Source: an uncultured Melioribacteraceae bacterium
Lineage (GTDB): Bacteria > Bacteroidota > Ignavibacteria > Ignavibacteriales > Melioribacteraceae
Reading direction: 5' to 3'
Assembly (NCBI GenBank): GCA_964573255.1
Contig: CAZNJB010000021.1
Location: 2,098-66,097 of the forward strand
Length of the DNA stretch: 64,000 bases
The notes below the pieces were generated by a model, which saw only the letters and a program-made list of their open reading frames with translations, was not told the origin of the DNA and ran no database searches. A program made the position numbers and the translations under genes. Of the stretch, positions 1 through 10,729 are shown piece by piece (positions within the stretch are counted from its first letter, which is position 1; the number at the start of each line of letters is the position of its first letter).

Positions 1-1274
1 GCTGAAACCAATGCAATAGCTACAAAGTAATACCAAATATAATGTGCATCTGCGTAATACTCCGCACGTTGAGCTTCCGTTAATCCTGCCGGTAGCGTCC
101 TTGGATCTGGGCAATATTTGTCAAGCAAAAATCCAGACATAAAAAATCCTATTAATGCGGAAAAGAATGAGTGCAAATGGCTGAACCCCATATATAGTCC
201 TTCTTTCCCTTTCGGAGCCTGCAGGGCAAAATACTCCAGAAAGCGAGGGGAAATAAAACATTCAGCTAAACCTTGAATTGCAATTCCAACTATCATCATG
301 AAAGTAATTGGGTGTAGTGTAATGCTTCCGAATAATTGAATGGATTCGCCTGTAATGCTTTCCAGCGATTGACTAAATGCCATCGCGAGAGCCGACACCG
401 GCATTATCAGCATTCCAATAAGAATTGTATTAATTGCTTTTATCTTTTTCGTCCATTGAGTTACCAGTACAACAAATATAACAACTGTTAGTGGGTTTAC
501 ATTTGCAAGCCATTCCGGTTTGGCTCCTTCGCCCAAAAGACGAATTACATATTTAGGCATCGTTGCGTAAAGTTGTCCTTGTATAGTCCAAAAACCTGCT
601 ATGATTAAAATCAATATTATCAAACGGGGAGCCATAAAAATGGCTTTGAATGAAGTCCAAACGTCTTTGATGGGTTTCGATTCCCCTTTGCCGTCGATCG
701 GTTTGAAGATGACGATGGCAAATAGCAATGCCACAAACGCCATTCCCGCCGAAAAGAAGTTTACGTATTCCAAGCCTATGCCTTGACGAATACTTGGCAC
801 TACTGTTTTGCCTCCGAAAGCGCCTATATTTACTACCCAGTAAAAAAGTGAAAATCCCCGCGCTTTATTTACGTCGGATACCGTTTTGGTTACCGTGCCT
901 GTTATCAACGGTTTGATGAAGGAAGCTCCAACTAATATAACAAAAAGGAAAAACGATACGGCGATTTTATCTTGGAAAACGCCCAGGAAAAAATATCCTA
1001 CTGTCAAGAGCGAGAAAGCGAGTATCAATCCGTTCTTAAATCCTATTCTATCAGCAATTGCCCCGACAAATGGAGGAAAGAGATATAGCAGTGCGTTAAA
1101 CACGCCGGCAACTATGCCGGTTTCGGTATCGGTAAATCCAACTATATCCGTTAAATAAAGTGTTAATACTATGAAAAAGCCGTAATAAGCGGCTCGCTCG
1201 CATAATTCCATAAAATTTGCAAGCCAAAATTCCTTTGGGAATCTCCAGGATTCCTGAGTAGATTTTGCGGTCAT
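1..1274 (-). CDS. POT/PTR2-family proton-dependent di/tripeptide transporter (N-terminal ~424 codons; C-terminus lies beyond window start)
   Basis: Absent from the ORF track because it runs off the window. Hand translation of the minus strand from the ATG at 1274-1272 gives MTAKSTQESWRFPKEFWLANFMELCERAAYYGFF... This contains the POT ExxER..YYG motif. Further on, GFSLFYWVVNIGAFGG matches the PTR2 signature. Many hydrophobic helices; the frame stays open to position 1. Confidence 0.85.
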   Translation of the reverse strand, partial: MTAKSTQESWRFPKEFWLANFMELCERAAYYGFFIVLTLYLTDIVGFTDTETGIVAGVFNALLYLFPPFVGAIADRIGFKNGLILAFSLLTVGYFFLGVFQDKIAVSFFLFVILVGASFIKPLITGTVTKTVSDVNKARGFSLFYWVVNIGAFGGKTVVPSIRQGIGLEYVNFFSAGMAFVALLFAIVIFKPIDGKGESKPIKDVWTSFKAIFMAPRLIILILIIAGFWTIQGQLYATMPKYVIRLLGEGAKPEWLANVNPLTVVIFVVLVTQWTKKIKAINTILIGMLIMPVSALAMAFSQSLESITGESIQLFGSITLHPITFMMIVGIAIQGLAECFISPRFLEYFALQAPKGKEGLYMGFSHLHSFFSALIGFFMSGFLLDKYCPDPRTLPAGLTEAQRAEYYADAHYIWYYFVAIALVS

Positions 1275-1738
1275 ACGATTACTTTAGTTTATTTCAACAA
1301 ACGAAAGGGGCAATATAAATATCGTCCATCGATAAATTCAAATAAAAATCAAGGTTGGAAAACTAATGCTGCTGAAATAGTAATAGGTTTAATTCACAAA
1401 AGTAGGGAGAGATGGCATCTCGACCTACATATAACTAGCGATTATATGGACTATCTGTTAAAAAAATATTTCTTCGCCGTAGAATTGTAAAATTGTTAAA
1501 AGAAAATTAGTTCTATTTTCGACTTTTTTAACATGAATTATATTGCGCATTAATGTGTTTAATTACAATCGCACAAAAAAAATGATCAAAATGTTTTTGC
1601 GTATACGGAATTTTTACTATTTTTCGCTCTTAAAATAAAATACTTGAATATCTTATCATCTATTATTTTATATAAAACGTCTTGATAACGAAGTAAATTA
1701 AAACTATTTTTTAAACTGATAAAGTAAAGATTAAAAAT

Positions 1739-2170
1739 ATGTTGCTAACAGAGTTCGGTAAGATTTTTGTATTCTTTTTATTAGCTGCTGCGTTTGTTGG
1801 AATAGCAATTATAACCTCAAAATTGTTAGCTCCTAAGAGACCCACTAAAGAAAAACTATTAATATACGAATGTGGTGAAGATCCACAGGGTTCTCCCTGG
1901 GTGAAATTTAACATTCGTTTTTACGTAGTGGCATTAATCTTTTTAATTTTTGACGTGGAAGTTGTCCTTCTATTTCCTTGGGCATTAACCTATAAAGATT
2001 CGGGGTGGTACGGATTTTTAGTAGGAATAATTTTCCTCGTCGTACTGGGTATCGGTATGGCGTACGAATGGCGGAAAGGTGACCTTGAGTGGGAAAGACC
2101 TCGACCGAAGCCTCCGGTAATTGAAGATCTTAAAAAACAGAATAGTGAAGAAGTCGAAACGGTAGCGTAA
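1739..2170 (+). CDS. nuoA: NADH-quinone oxidoreductase subunit A
   Basis: 143 aa with 3 TM segments and an ND3-like YECGEDP motif. First gene of the nuo operon. Confidence 0.95.
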   Translation: MLLTEFGKIFVFFLLAAAFVGIAIITSKLLAPKRPTKEKLLIYECGEDPQGSPWVKFNIRFYVVALIFLIFDVEVVLLFPWALTYKDSGWYGFLVGIIFLVVLGIGMAYEWRKGDLEWERPRPKPPVIEDLKKQNSEEVETVA

Positions 2171-2173
2171 ATT

Positions 2174-2665
2174 ATGGGATTCCTTGATAAAGAATTTACA
2201 GAAAGTAATATTGTAGTAGCCAAAGCAGAGGACTTGTTCAACTGGGCAAGATTATCGTCTTTATGGCAATTAGGATTCGGATTGGCTTGCTGCGCAATAG
2301 AAATGATGGCGACTTCGGCGTCGCATTATGATTTTGACAGATTTGGAGTTATTCCTCGTCCTTCTCCGCGTCAGTCCGATATTATTATAATTTCCGGGAC
2401 AGTAACTCTCAAAATGGCTATCCGAATCAAAAGATTATATGAGCAGATGCCTGATCCAAAATATATAATTTCTATGGGAAGCTGTGCAAATTGTGGAGGC
2501 CCTTATTGGAAACACGGTTATCATGTGCTGAAAGGCGTCGATAGAGTCATTCCGGTCGATGTTTATGTCCCCGGATGCCCTCCACGCCCCGAAGCACTTT
2601 TGGAAGGTTTGCTTAAACTTCAAGATAAAATTAGAAAAGAAACGCTCAGGAAGAAAAGAGCATGA
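2174..2665 (+). CDS. nuoB: NADH-quinone oxidoreductase subunit B (N2 cluster subunit)
   Basis: Carries the [15 protein letters not shown] and PGCPPRPE cysteine motifs typical of NuoB/PSST. Confidence 0.97.
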   Translation: MGFLDKEFTESNIVVAKAEDLFNWARLSSLWQLGFGLACCAIEMMATSASHYDFDRFGVIPRPSPRQSDIIIISGTVTLKMAIRIKRLYEQMPDPKYIISMGSCANCGGPYWKHGYHVLKGVDRVIPVDVYVPGCPPRPEALLEGLLKLQDKIRKETLRKKRA

Positions 2666-3192
2666 AAACTCCAGAAGAAATTTTTGAAATATTAAAAGAA
2701 AAATTTGGCGATTCGGTTCTTGCTATGGAATCGGAGCTGCCTGTTGATAAAATAATTGCAGTAGACCCATTAAAAATTGACGAAATCGCACTCTTTTTAA
2801 GAGATGCGGATAACCTAAGATTTGATGCGCTGATGAATCTATCCGGCGTTGACGATGCAAACGGGGAAAGAGTTAAAACTGAAGATGGGTTGGAAGAAAT
2901 CCAAGGCGGAACGTTAAGTGTCTATTATCATTTGCACTCAACATCGTTAAAGCATAAGATAACTATTAAGGTTGCCGTTCAGCGCGAAAATCCTGAAGTT
3001 AAAACCGTTGTTTATGTATGGCGTTCTGCTAATTGGCACGAACGGGAAGCGTTCGATATGTTTGGCATTAAATTTTTAAATCATCCCGATTTAACTAGAA
3101 TATTGATGCCTTATGATTGGCCGGATGTATATCCATTGAGAAAGGATTACAAAAGTCCGGAATTTTATCACGGAATGAAAATACCTTATTGA
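2662..3192 (+). CDS. nuoC: NADH-quinone oxidoreductase subunit C (30 kDa)
   Basis: [12 protein letters not shown] motif. ATGA overlap with nuoB. Encoded separately from nuoD. Confidence 0.95.
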   Translation: MKTPEEIFEILKEKFGDSVLAMESELPVDKIIAVDPLKIDEIALFLRDADNLRFDALMNLSGVDDANGERVKTEDGLEEIQGGTLSVYYHLHSTSLKHKITIKVAVQRENPEVKTVVYVWRSANWHEREAFDMFGIKFLNHPDLTRILMPYDWPDVYPLRKDYKSPEFYHGMKIPY

Positions 3193-3202
3193 GTGAATTG
3201 AT

Positions 3203-4318
3203 ATGGCTGTAAAAACCGAAAAGATGATTTTGAATATGGGACCTCAGCACCCTTCAACTCACGGTGTTTTGAGGCTCGAAGTTGAACTTGAAGGTGAATT
3301 AGTTAAAGATGTAAAACCGCATCTTGGGTATCTTCACCGTTGTTTCGAAAAACATGCGGAAGCTTGTACTTATCCCCAGGTTATTCCCTATACAGATAGA
3401 ATGGATTATCTGGCTTCTATGTATAATAATTTTGGTTATGTTGTTGCAGTAGAAAGATTGCTCGGCATAGAAGTTCCGGAGAGAGTTGAGTATATACGCG
3501 TTATTATGGGCGAATTGCAAAGGATTGCTTCGCATCTGGTTGCATTGGGAACTTACGGAGTGGATATCGGTGCTTTTACTCCGTTTCTCTATTGTTTCCG
3601 CGACCGCGAACATATCCTCGATTTATTCGAAATGACTTGCGGTGCAAGACTTCTTTATAATTATATGTGGATCGGAGGAGTTTCGCACGATATTACTCCG
3701 GATTTTATTAGAAAGACAAAAGAATTTATTACTTATTTCAGACCGAAAATAAAAGAATTGAACGACCTGCTTTCTTTCAATAAAATTTTCATTGAAAGAA
3801 CCGCAAATGTAGGAATTCTTCCATTGGAAACTGCCATTAATTATGGTGTAACAGGACCTATGTTGCGTGCCAGCGGGATGGCGTTCGATTTAAGAAGAGA
3901 AGATCCTTATTCAATTTATGATAGATTTGATTTTGAAATTCCTGTAGGCGAAGGAAAGATGGGAACCATAGGCGATTGCTGGGACCGTTACTGGGTTCGC
4001 GTTCGGGAAATGGAGCAGAGTTTAGTTATTCTTGAACAGGCTATTAATAACGTTCCGGAAGGGGACGTTCATTCTGCTATACCACGAAGAATTAAACCTC
4101 CGAAAGGAACTATTTATTCGAGAGTGGAAAATCCGAAAGGAGAGTTGGGGTATTTTATAATTAGCGACGGAAGCGTTAATCCTTTCAGAGTTAAAGTTCG
4201 TGCCCCTTCATTTGTGAATCTTCAAGTTTTACCGGAATTATGTAAAGGTCATTTAGTTGCGGATATTATCGCAATACTTGGTAGTACAGATATTGTATTA
4301 GGAGAAGTGGATAGATAA
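3203..4318 (+). CDS. nuoD: NADH-quinone oxidoreductase subunit D (49 kDa)
   Basis: N-terminal [16 protein letters not shown] and C-terminal [14 protein letters not shown] motifs. Confidence 0.97.
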   Translation: MAVKTEKMILNMGPQHPSTHGVLRLEVELEGELVKDVKPHLGYLHRCFEKHAEACTYPQVIPYTDRMDYLASMYNNFGYVVAVERLLGIEVPERVEYIRVIMGELQRIASHLVALGTYGVDIGAFTPFLYCFRDREHILDLFEMTCGARLLYNYMWIGGVSHDITPDFIRKTKEFITYFRPKIKELNDLLSFNKIFIERTANVGILPLETAINYGVTGPMLRASGMAFDLRREDPYSIYDRFDFEIPVGEGKMGTIGDCWDRYWVRVREMEQSLVILEQAINNVPEGDVHSAIPRRIKPPKGTIYSRVENPKGELGYFIISDGSVNPFRVKVRAPSFVNLQVLPELCKGHLVADIIAILGSTDIVLGEVDR

Positions 4319-5388
4319 TGTACGAGATATTGAAAAATTTATTCGGCAGTGAAATATTGGCGATGTTTGTATCTGCGATGCTGCCGTTGTTCCTATTTAT
4401 TCTTCCGTTTGCATTATTTGCCGTTCTTTTAGAAAGAAAAGTTTCGGCGCATATGCAGGACCGTTTGGGTCCGATGAGAGTCGGTTATCACGGTATTCTA
4501 CAAACCGTAGCCGATATTCTGAAATTATTGCAGAAGGAAGATATTGTAGCCGATGGGACTGATAAGCAATTGTTTAATTTGGCTCCTTATTTAGTATTTG
4601 TTGGCAGTTTTGCCGCATTTGCCGCAATTCCGTTCAGCAGTGTGTATATCGGTTCATCTGTAGATGTGGGATTGTTTTATATTATTGCCGTTTCCAGTAT
4701 TGTTGTTGCGGGAATTTTGATGGCAGGCTGGGCAAGTAATAACAAATATTCTCTCCTAGGAGCAATGAGATCTGCTGCACAGATTATTTCATACGAAATT
4801 CCGACTGCTCTGGTTATTCTTTCAATAGTTATGTTTGCCGGAACGTTAAATTTAGAGACTATGAGTCAGAATCAAACTGCTTGGTTCTGGAATTGGAATA
4901 TTTTCGGCGGAGCGGAATGGGGTCTTCAAAAATTACTTCTGATTCCCTTCATGTTGATTGCATTTTTAATTATTTATATAAGCACGCTTGCAGAAGTTAA
5001 TAGAACTCCGTTCGATATTCCGGAAGCAGAATCTGAATTAGTTGCCGGTTACCACACGGAATATTCCGGAATGAAGTTCGCAATCTTCTTTTTAGCCGAA
5101 TATGCTAATATGTTTGCCGTTTCGGCTATTGTTGTAAGTATATTTTTCGGCGGATATCAATCCCCATTTGGTTATTTAGGAAATACGCTCGGAGTCGAAT
5201 GGCTGATTCCGATTGAGCAATTGTTATGGTTTACCGCAAAAGGAATCTTCTTTGTTTTTATACAGATGTGGTTAAGATGGACACTCCCTCGTTTAAGAGT
5301 GGATCAGCTTATGACTGTTTGTTGGAAATATTTAATTCCTTATGCATTTGTTAATTTAATCATTATTGGCATAATCACGTTGATTTAA
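4318..5388 (+). CDS. nuoH: NADH-quinone oxidoreductase subunit H (ND1)
   Basis: PFDIPEAESELVAGYHTEYSGMKFAIFFLAEY motif. Its ATG overlaps the nuoD TAA (TAATG), so there is no room for nuoEFG. Confidence 0.97.
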   Translation: MYEILKNLFGSEILAMFVSAMLPLFLFILPFALFAVLLERKVSAHMQDRLGPMRVGYHGILQTVADILKLLQKEDIVADGTDKQLFNLAPYLVFVGSFAAFAAIPFSSVYIGSSVDVGLFYIIAVSSIVVAGILMAGWASNNKYSLLGAMRSAAQIISYEIPTALVILSIVMFAGTLNLETMSQNQTAWFWNWNIFGGAEWGLQKLLLIPFMLIAFLIIYISTLAEVNRTPFDIPEAESELVAGYHTEYSGMKFAIFFLAEYANMFAVSAIVVSIFFGGYQSPFGYLGNTLGVEWLIPIEQLLWFTAKGIFFVFIQMWLRWTLPRLRVDQLMTVCWKYLIPYAFVNLIIIGIITLI

Positions 5389-5389
5389 T

Positions 5390-6154
5390 ATGAAGCAATA
5401 TTTTAAAAATACATGGGAAGCTTTATCTACGATTTTCATCGGGATGAAAGTGACATTTAAACATTTGTTTGTTCCTTCGGTTACTATTCAATATCCCGAT
5501 GTGCGCGTTCCCATGCCCGAGAGAGCAAGAAACAGATTGTATGTTAATATCGATGATTGTATCGGATGCGATCAGTGTGCTCGCGCATGTCCGGTTGATT
5601 GTATTGAGATTGAAACCGTTAAAGGGGTTCCCACAGATGATTTGGGAATAACATCGAATGGAAAGAAAAAAGCTTTATGGGTAACAAAATTTGAGATTGA
5701 CATTGCAAAATGTTGTTACTGTCAGCTTTGCGTTTTCCCTTGTCCTACTGAATGTATTTATATGACGGACATATATGAATTTTCCGAATATAATAGGGAT
5801 GATTTAATTTACCAGTATAGTACTCTTACGCCCGAAGAAATTGAAGAGAAGCGCGCTAATTGGGCAAAATTTCAGGAGGAAAAAGAAAAGGCTAAAGCTG
5901 CAGCTGCGGCGGCAAAAGCTGCAAAAGCTGCCGAAGCCAAAAAGGCTGCTGCTTCTGCAACAACAGATGCAAAACCAGAAGCTAAGGAAAAGCCAATCGA
6001 TAAGGTTGAAGCTAAACCAATTGAAAAAGTTAAAGCGCAGCCTATCGAAAAAGCAGATGCTAAACCTGCAGGCAACGTAGAAAAGACTGAAGCTAAAAAG
6101 TCTGATAAAGACGAAAATAAAGAAGATAATCAAGAAAAGAAGCAGAATAATTGA
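5390..6154 (+). CDS. nuoI: NADH-quinone oxidoreductase subunit I (2x[4Fe-4S]) with a ~105-aa low-complexity C-terminal extension
   Basis: Two ferredoxin-type motifs, CIGCDQCARACP and CCYCQLCVFPCP. From about nt 5825 there is an AAAAAAKAAKAAEAKKAAAS stretch, AKPIEKV-like repeats and a KDENKEDNQEKKQNN end. Confidence 0.93.
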   Translation: MKQYFKNTWEALSTIFIGMKVTFKHLFVPSVTIQYPDVRVPMPERARNRLYVNIDDCIGCDQCARACPVDCIEIETVKGVPTDDLGITSNGKKKALWVTKFEIDIAKCCYCQLCVFPCPTECIYMTDIYEFSEYNRDDLIYQYSTLTPEEIEEKRANWAKFQEEKEKAKAAAAAAKAAKAAEAKKAAASATTDAKPEAKEKPIDKVEAKPIEKVKAQPIEKADAKPAGNVEKTEAKKSDKDENKEDNQEKKQNN

Positions 6155-6155
6155 T

Positions 6156-6653
6156 ATGGGAATTTACGATATAATATTTTATTTATTTGCGGCAATTACT
6201 TTGGTATCCGGATTTTTAGTAGTTACATCCAAGAATATTGTTCACTCTGCTTTCTATTTGCTTTTTACTTTCTTTGGTGTAGCTGGATTATATGTTTTGC
6301 TGGGTGCCGATTTTATTGCTATAGTTCAGTTGATGGTTTATGTGGGCGGAATACTCATTCTGTTGCTATTCGGTGTGATGCTCACTAACAAAATCACTAG
6401 CGTCGATATTAAAAGTGGCAGTTTGAATGTACTCTCCGCCGCTGTTATTGTGGGTGTTTTTGCAGGGGCTCTGATTTCGGTGATGATCAGAACTTCTTGG
6501 AAATCTTTTCCATTGCAGGATCAAGGCAGTACTTTGGTAAATATCGGAAAACTTTTAATTAATGAATATGTACTAATTTTTGAACTTTTGGGTGTATTGC
6601 TCCTTGTTGCTTTAATAGGCGCTGCATCCATAGCTCGTAGAGAAAAAGAATAA
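6156..6653 (+). CDS. nuoJ: NADH-quinone oxidoreductase subunit J (ND6)
   Basis: 165 aa, 5 TM segments, correct position in the operon. Confidence 0.9.
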   Translation: MGIYDIIFYLFAAITLVSGFLVVTSKNIVHSAFYLLFTFFGVAGLYVLLGADFIAIVQLMVYVGGILILLLFGVMLTNKITSVDIKSGSLNVLSAAVIVGVFAGALISVMIRTSWKSFPLQDQGSTLVNIGKLLINEYVLIFELLGVLLLVALIGAASIARREKE

Positions 6654-6666
6654 TTGGGTTGGTAAA

Positions 6667-6975
6667 TTGGAAGTAGGTTTAACACATTATCTGGTAGTAA
6701 GTTCGTTTTTGTTTTCCCTGGGGTTATTCGGTATTGTTACCCGTAAAAATGCCATAATGGTTCTTATGGGTGTGGAATTAATGCTCAATTCCGCAAACAT
6801 TAATTTTATAGCATTTTCGAAATATGGTAATTTTGGCCTCAGCGGACAGATAGTAGCTCTATTTGTGATTATTCTCGCTGCAGCAGAAGCTGCTATCGCT
6901 TTAGCCATTGTGCTAAATATTTATAAAACTTTTTCAAACGTTAATGTTGATGAAATTAACAATTTAAGAGAATAG
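6667..6975 (+). CDS. nuoK: NADH-quinone oxidoreductase subunit K (ND4L)
   Basis: 102 aa with 3 TM segments and the GVELMLNSANINF and AAAEAAIALAI motifs. TTG start. Confidence 0.9.
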   Translation: MEVGLTHYLVVSSFLFSLGLFGIVTRKNAIMVLMGVELMLNSANINFIAFSKYGNFGLSGQIVALFVIILAAAEAAIALAIVLNIYKTFSNVNVDEINNLRE

Positions 6976-6979
6976 GGGA

Positions 6980-9076
6980 ATGTCTGATATATCTTTAGTA
7001 AATCTTGCTCTGGTTGTTCTATTTTTGCCGTTAATCGGCTTCACGGTTGTTATTCATTTCGGAAAGAGATTTTCAAAATTATATCTTTTCGAGATATTTG
7101 TATTAGGATTGGCTTTTATACTTTCCACTATTATTGCGGTAACAAAGTTAACTACCTTTTTACACGAGGATATTGTTTTTGCATTTAGTTGGATTGACTT
7201 GGGTGTTATTCCTTTAATAGGAAAATTGAATATTGAGTTGGGGATAAAAATTGATAATTTAACTGCAATTATGCTAATTGTAGTTAATCTTATCAGTTTA
7301 TTGGTTCACATCTATTCAACCGGATATATGAAAGGCGATCCGAGATTTTCCCGTTATTATGCATATTTGGGAATTTTCACTTTTTCGATGCTCGGAATCG
7401 TTTTAACCCATAACCTATTGATGATGTACATCTTCTGGGAACTGGTTGGATTGTCCTCGTATCTATTAATTGGATTTTGGTTCGAAAAAGATTCAGCGGC
7501 AAACGCCAGCAAGAAAGCATTCCTTGTGAATCGTGTAGGCGATATCGGGATGTTTCTCGGAATTTTAATTTTATTTACTAACTACCATACATTTACATTC
7601 GATAAAATATTCTCTGAAATAGCATCCGGAAATTTACCATTCGATAGTAATATATGGTTAACCGCAACAGGTATATTGCTATTTATGGGAGCGGTTGGTA
7701 AATCTGCTCAATTCCCGCTGCACGTTTGGCTTCCCGACGCTATGGAAGGTCCCACACCGGTAAGTGCATTAATACATGCCGCAACGATGGTTGCAGCCGG
7801 GGTTTATTTGGTAGCAAGAATTTTTGTTATGCTGACTGCCGATGCTATGCTGGTTATTGCGGTGATCGGGGCAGTAACTTCTTTCCTTGCGGCTACTATG
7901 GCGCTAACTCAAAATGATATCAAAAAAGTGCTTGCCTATTCAACCATATCCCAATTGGGTTATATGGTTATGGCAATGGGTGTAGGAGCTTATGCATACG
8001 GTTTCTTCCATTTGGTGACACATGCCTGGTTCAAGGCGTTATTATTCCTTGGTTCAGGTTCGGTTATTCATGCAATGCACCACGAACAGGATATGCGCCA
8101 AATGGGCGGCTTGAGAAAGAAAATGCCGATAACATATTTCACTTTTATTACCGCTACATTAGCAATTTCAGGAATTCCATTTACATCCGGATTCTTGAGC
8201 AAAGACGGTTTATTAGCCGGGTCGCTTGCTTTCGGTAATTTAACAGGGCACTATTTAATCCCTATTCTCGGATTTACTGTCGCAATGCTTACCGCCTTTT
8301 ATATGTTCCGTTTGGTAATACTTACATTCCACGGTGAACCGAGGAATAAAGAAAAATATGAGCACGCTCACGAATCTCCAAAGGTTATGACAATTCCTTT
8401 GATTGTGTTAGCGTTCTTATCAATATTTATTTGGTACGGCTCAAATCCGTTTGGAGGAGCTAATGGATGGTTTTTACAAGATTGGGTAACTACCCCTGAA
8501 TCGGTTGTTCCGCAGGAAATGAGATGGAATTTTATGCAAACGACCGGTGAAGCCGCAGTTGCCGAGTCGCACCAAGGAGTTATTACCCATTCGGAAATGT
8601 ATATGGAAGCTATGCATCATGCCCATTATCCGGCAATGATACTTTCCATTTTACTTGGCGGGTTAGGAATATTGCTCGCATTTATGATGTATCAATGGAA
8701 GAAAATCGATCCGGATAAATTGGCAGAAAGATTACCATGGGCTTATAAATTATCTTATAACAAATGGTATTTCGATGAAATTTATCAAGCTTCCTTTATT
8801 GCAATTACACTTGCTATTAGTAAAATATTGGCATGGTTCGACCAAGTGATTGTTGACGGAGTGGTTAACGGTACGGCTTGGGTTACAAGACAATTTTCCC
8901 GTTTCAGCGGATTGTTCGATACATACGTTATTGATGGTATGGTGAACTTTTCGGCGTTCTTTAGCGGATTCCTCGGTTTATCTTTTAAGAGATTGCAGAA
9001 CGGAAAGGTTCAAACATATATCGTTTTTGTAGTATTTTCAATTTTGATTTTATTAGTAGTATTTAGACCTTTTTAA
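6980..9076 (+). CDS. nuoL: NADH-quinone oxidoreductase subunit L (ND5, antiporter-like)
   Basis: 698 aa with the WLPDAMEGPTPVSALIHAATMVAAGVYL motif. Confidence 0.95.
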   Translation: MSDISLVNLALVVLFLPLIGFTVVIHFGKRFSKLYLFEIFVLGLAFILSTIIAVTKLTTFLHEDIVFAFSWIDLGVIPLIGKLNIELGIKIDNLTAIMLIVVNLISLLVHIYSTGYMKGDPRFSRYYAYLGIFTFSMLGIVLTHNLLMMYIFWELVGLSSYLLIGFWFEKDSAANASKKAFLVNRVGDIGMFLGILILFTNYHTFTFDKIFSEIASGNLPFDSNIWLTATGILLFMGAVGKSAQFPLHVWLPDAMEGPTPVSALIHAATMVAAGVYLVARIFVMLTADAMLVIAVIGAVTSFLAATMALTQNDIKKVLAYSTISQLGYMVMAMGVGAYAYGFFHLVTHAWFKALLFLGSGSVIHAMHHEQDMRQMGGLRKKMPITYFTFITATLAISGIPFTSGFLSKDGLLAGSLAFGNLTGHYLIPILGFTVAMLTAFYMFRLVILTFHGEPRNKEKYEHAHESPKVMTIPLIVLAFLSIFIWYGSNPFGGANGWFLQDWVTTPESVVPQEMRWNFMQTTGEAAVAESHQGVITHSEMYMEAMHHAHYPAMILSILLGGLGILLAFMMYQWKKIDPDKLAERLPWAYKLSYNKWYFDEIYQASFIAITLAISKILAWFDQVIVDGVVNGTAWVTRQFSRFSGLFDTYVIDGMVNFSAFFSGFLGLSFKRLQNGKVQTYIVFVVFSILILLVVFRPF

Positions 9077-9116
9077 GTAATTGGTAAGAATAATTTAAGA
9101 CGAGTAGGTTAAAAAT

Positions 9117-10718
9117 ATGGACGGATTCCCTATATTATCATTGATTACCTTTCTTCCCATATTGGGAATGATAATAATTATGTTTTTGCCAAAAGAACAA
9201 AAACAGACTATTAAAATCACTTCTTTGGTGATTACCGGAATACAAATTGTTTTGGCAATAGTTTTACTTTCAAATTATAATTATAATGCAGGCGGAATTT
9301 ACGATGCAAAATCATTTCAATTCATCGAAAAATTCAGATGGATTGAAATTCCCGGAGTTTCCTGGTTAGGAACAGTAAAAATCGATTATTTCCTCGGTAT
9401 TGATGGATTAAGCATGCCGATGGTTCTACTTACAGCAATTGTAGCTTTTATTGCTACTATATCTTCTTGGAAAATCGACAAATCCATAAAAGGATATTTT
9501 GCACTTTTCCTTTTATTGGATACCGGAATGATGGGAGTATTTGTTTCGTTAGACTTCTTCTTATTCTATATTTTCTGGGAATTGATGCTACTCCCAATGT
9601 ACTTCTTAATCGGTATTTGGGGTGGTCCTCGTAAAGAATACGCCGCAATTAAGTTCTTTATTTATACTTTAGTCGGATCCGTTTTCATGCTTTTGGTTAT
9701 GATCGGATTGTACTTCAGTGCTAAAGAAGTACTGCCGGACGGAAGCAGTGTTTTCACATTCAATATGTTAGCGCTGATGGATAAATCTAATTATTTATCC
9801 ACCGGAATCCTTTCTCCGTTAAATCCTGATAATCTAAGATTGGTTGCATATATAGCATTATTTGTAGGATTTGCGATTAAAATTCCAATGTTTCCGTTTC
9901 ATACCTGGTTGCCCGATGCACACGTGGAAGCACCTACTCCAATTTCAGTTATTCTTGCCGGTGTTCTTCTTAAAATGGGTACTTACGGAATCTTGAGAAT
10001 CAGTTATCCGATGTTTCCTCAAATCACCCATGATTTGATGTGGTATATTGCTTTATTCGGAATGATAAATATTATCTATGGTGCATTAGTTGCGCTTGCT
10101 CAAAAGGATTTCAAGAAATTGATTGCTTATTCGTCAATATCTCATATGGGATATGTGTTGTTAGGAATGGCTTCGTTGAGTACTGTTGGAATTAATGGAG
10201 CAATTTTCCAGATGTTTAATCACGGAACTATAACCGCAATGCTCTTTTTGATTGTAGGTGTTATTTACGATAGAGCTCATACAAGAGAAATTAACGGTTT
10301 TGGCGGTTTAGCTTCTCAAATGCCTGTTTATACCGGTTTTGTAACAGTTGCTTTCTTTGCTGCAATTGGTTTACCGGGCTTAAGCGGGTTCGTCTCCGAA
10401 GCTTTTGTATTCCTCGGAGCTTTTGGTGTTGAGGTAATTAGAACCTTTGCTATTATTTCCACACTCGGAATTTTATTAGGCGCGGCTTATATGTTGTGGA
10501 CATTACAGAGAATTTTCTTCGGAAAATTGAATGAAAAATGGTCGTCGCTTACCGATTTGGATACGAGAGAATATATTATGTTAGTTCCTCTTTCAATCAT
10601 TATTATTTTCCTTGGTGTTTATCCATCGGCTATGCTCGATATCATGAACACTTCGGTAAATTCTTTAGTCGATTTTATGGCTAAGAATATTCAGAATATT
10701 ACGTTTAGCGGATTATAA
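9117..10718 (+). CDS. nuoM: NADH-quinone oxidoreductase subunit M (ND4)
   Basis: 533 aa with the HTWLPDAHVEAPTPISVILAGVLLKMGTYG motif. Confidence 0.95.
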   Translation: MDGFPILSLITFLPILGMIIIMFLPKEQKQTIKITSLVITGIQIVLAIVLLSNYNYNAGGIYDAKSFQFIEKFRWIEIPGVSWLGTVKIDYFLGIDGLSMPMVLLTAIVAFIATISSWKIDKSIKGYFALFLLLDTGMMGVFVSLDFFLFYIFWELMLLPMYFLIGIWGGPRKEYAAIKFFIYTLVGSVFMLLVMIGLYFSAKEVLPDGSSVFTFNMLALMDKSNYLSTGILSPLNPDNLRLVAYIALFVGFAIKIPMFPFHTWLPDAHVEAPTPISVILAGVLLKMGTYGILRISYPMFPQITHDLMWYIALFGMINIIYGALVALAQKDFKKLIAYSSISHMGYVLLGMASLSTVGINGAIFQMFNHGTITAMLFLIVGVIYDRAHTREINGFGGLASQMPVYTGFVTVAFFAAIGLPGLSGFVSEAFVFLGAFGVEVIRTFAIISTLGILLGAAYMLWTLQRIFFGKLNEKWSSLTDLDTREYIMLVPLSIIIIFLGVYPSAMLDIMNTSVNSLVDFMAKNIQNITFSGL

Positions 10719-10729
10719 AAATTTAATTG

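Noticed and set aside
601-1158. Three small plus-strand ORFs of 61-90 aa at 601-1158.
   Set aside because: They lie antisense to a continuous, motif-bearing POT transporter ORF that the track omitted because it runs off the window.
1403-1429. Imperfect hairpin GTAGGGAGAGAT-GGC-ATCTCGACCTAC in the POT/nuoA divergent region.
   Set aside because: It has an internal 2x2 mismatch and no flanking U-tract on either strand. Such structures are expected by chance in a 465-bp intergenic region, so this is not enough evidence for a regulatory RNA.
5804-6133. Three ORFs over the nuoI tail: 5804-6133 (-) at 109 aa, 5872-6075 (-) at 67 aa, and 5841-6080 (+) at 79 aa in an alternative frame.
   Set aside because: They are artefacts of the GCN/AAR-rich low-complexity repeat, which stays open in several frames. 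The nuoI frame is continuous with a canonical ferredoxin core.
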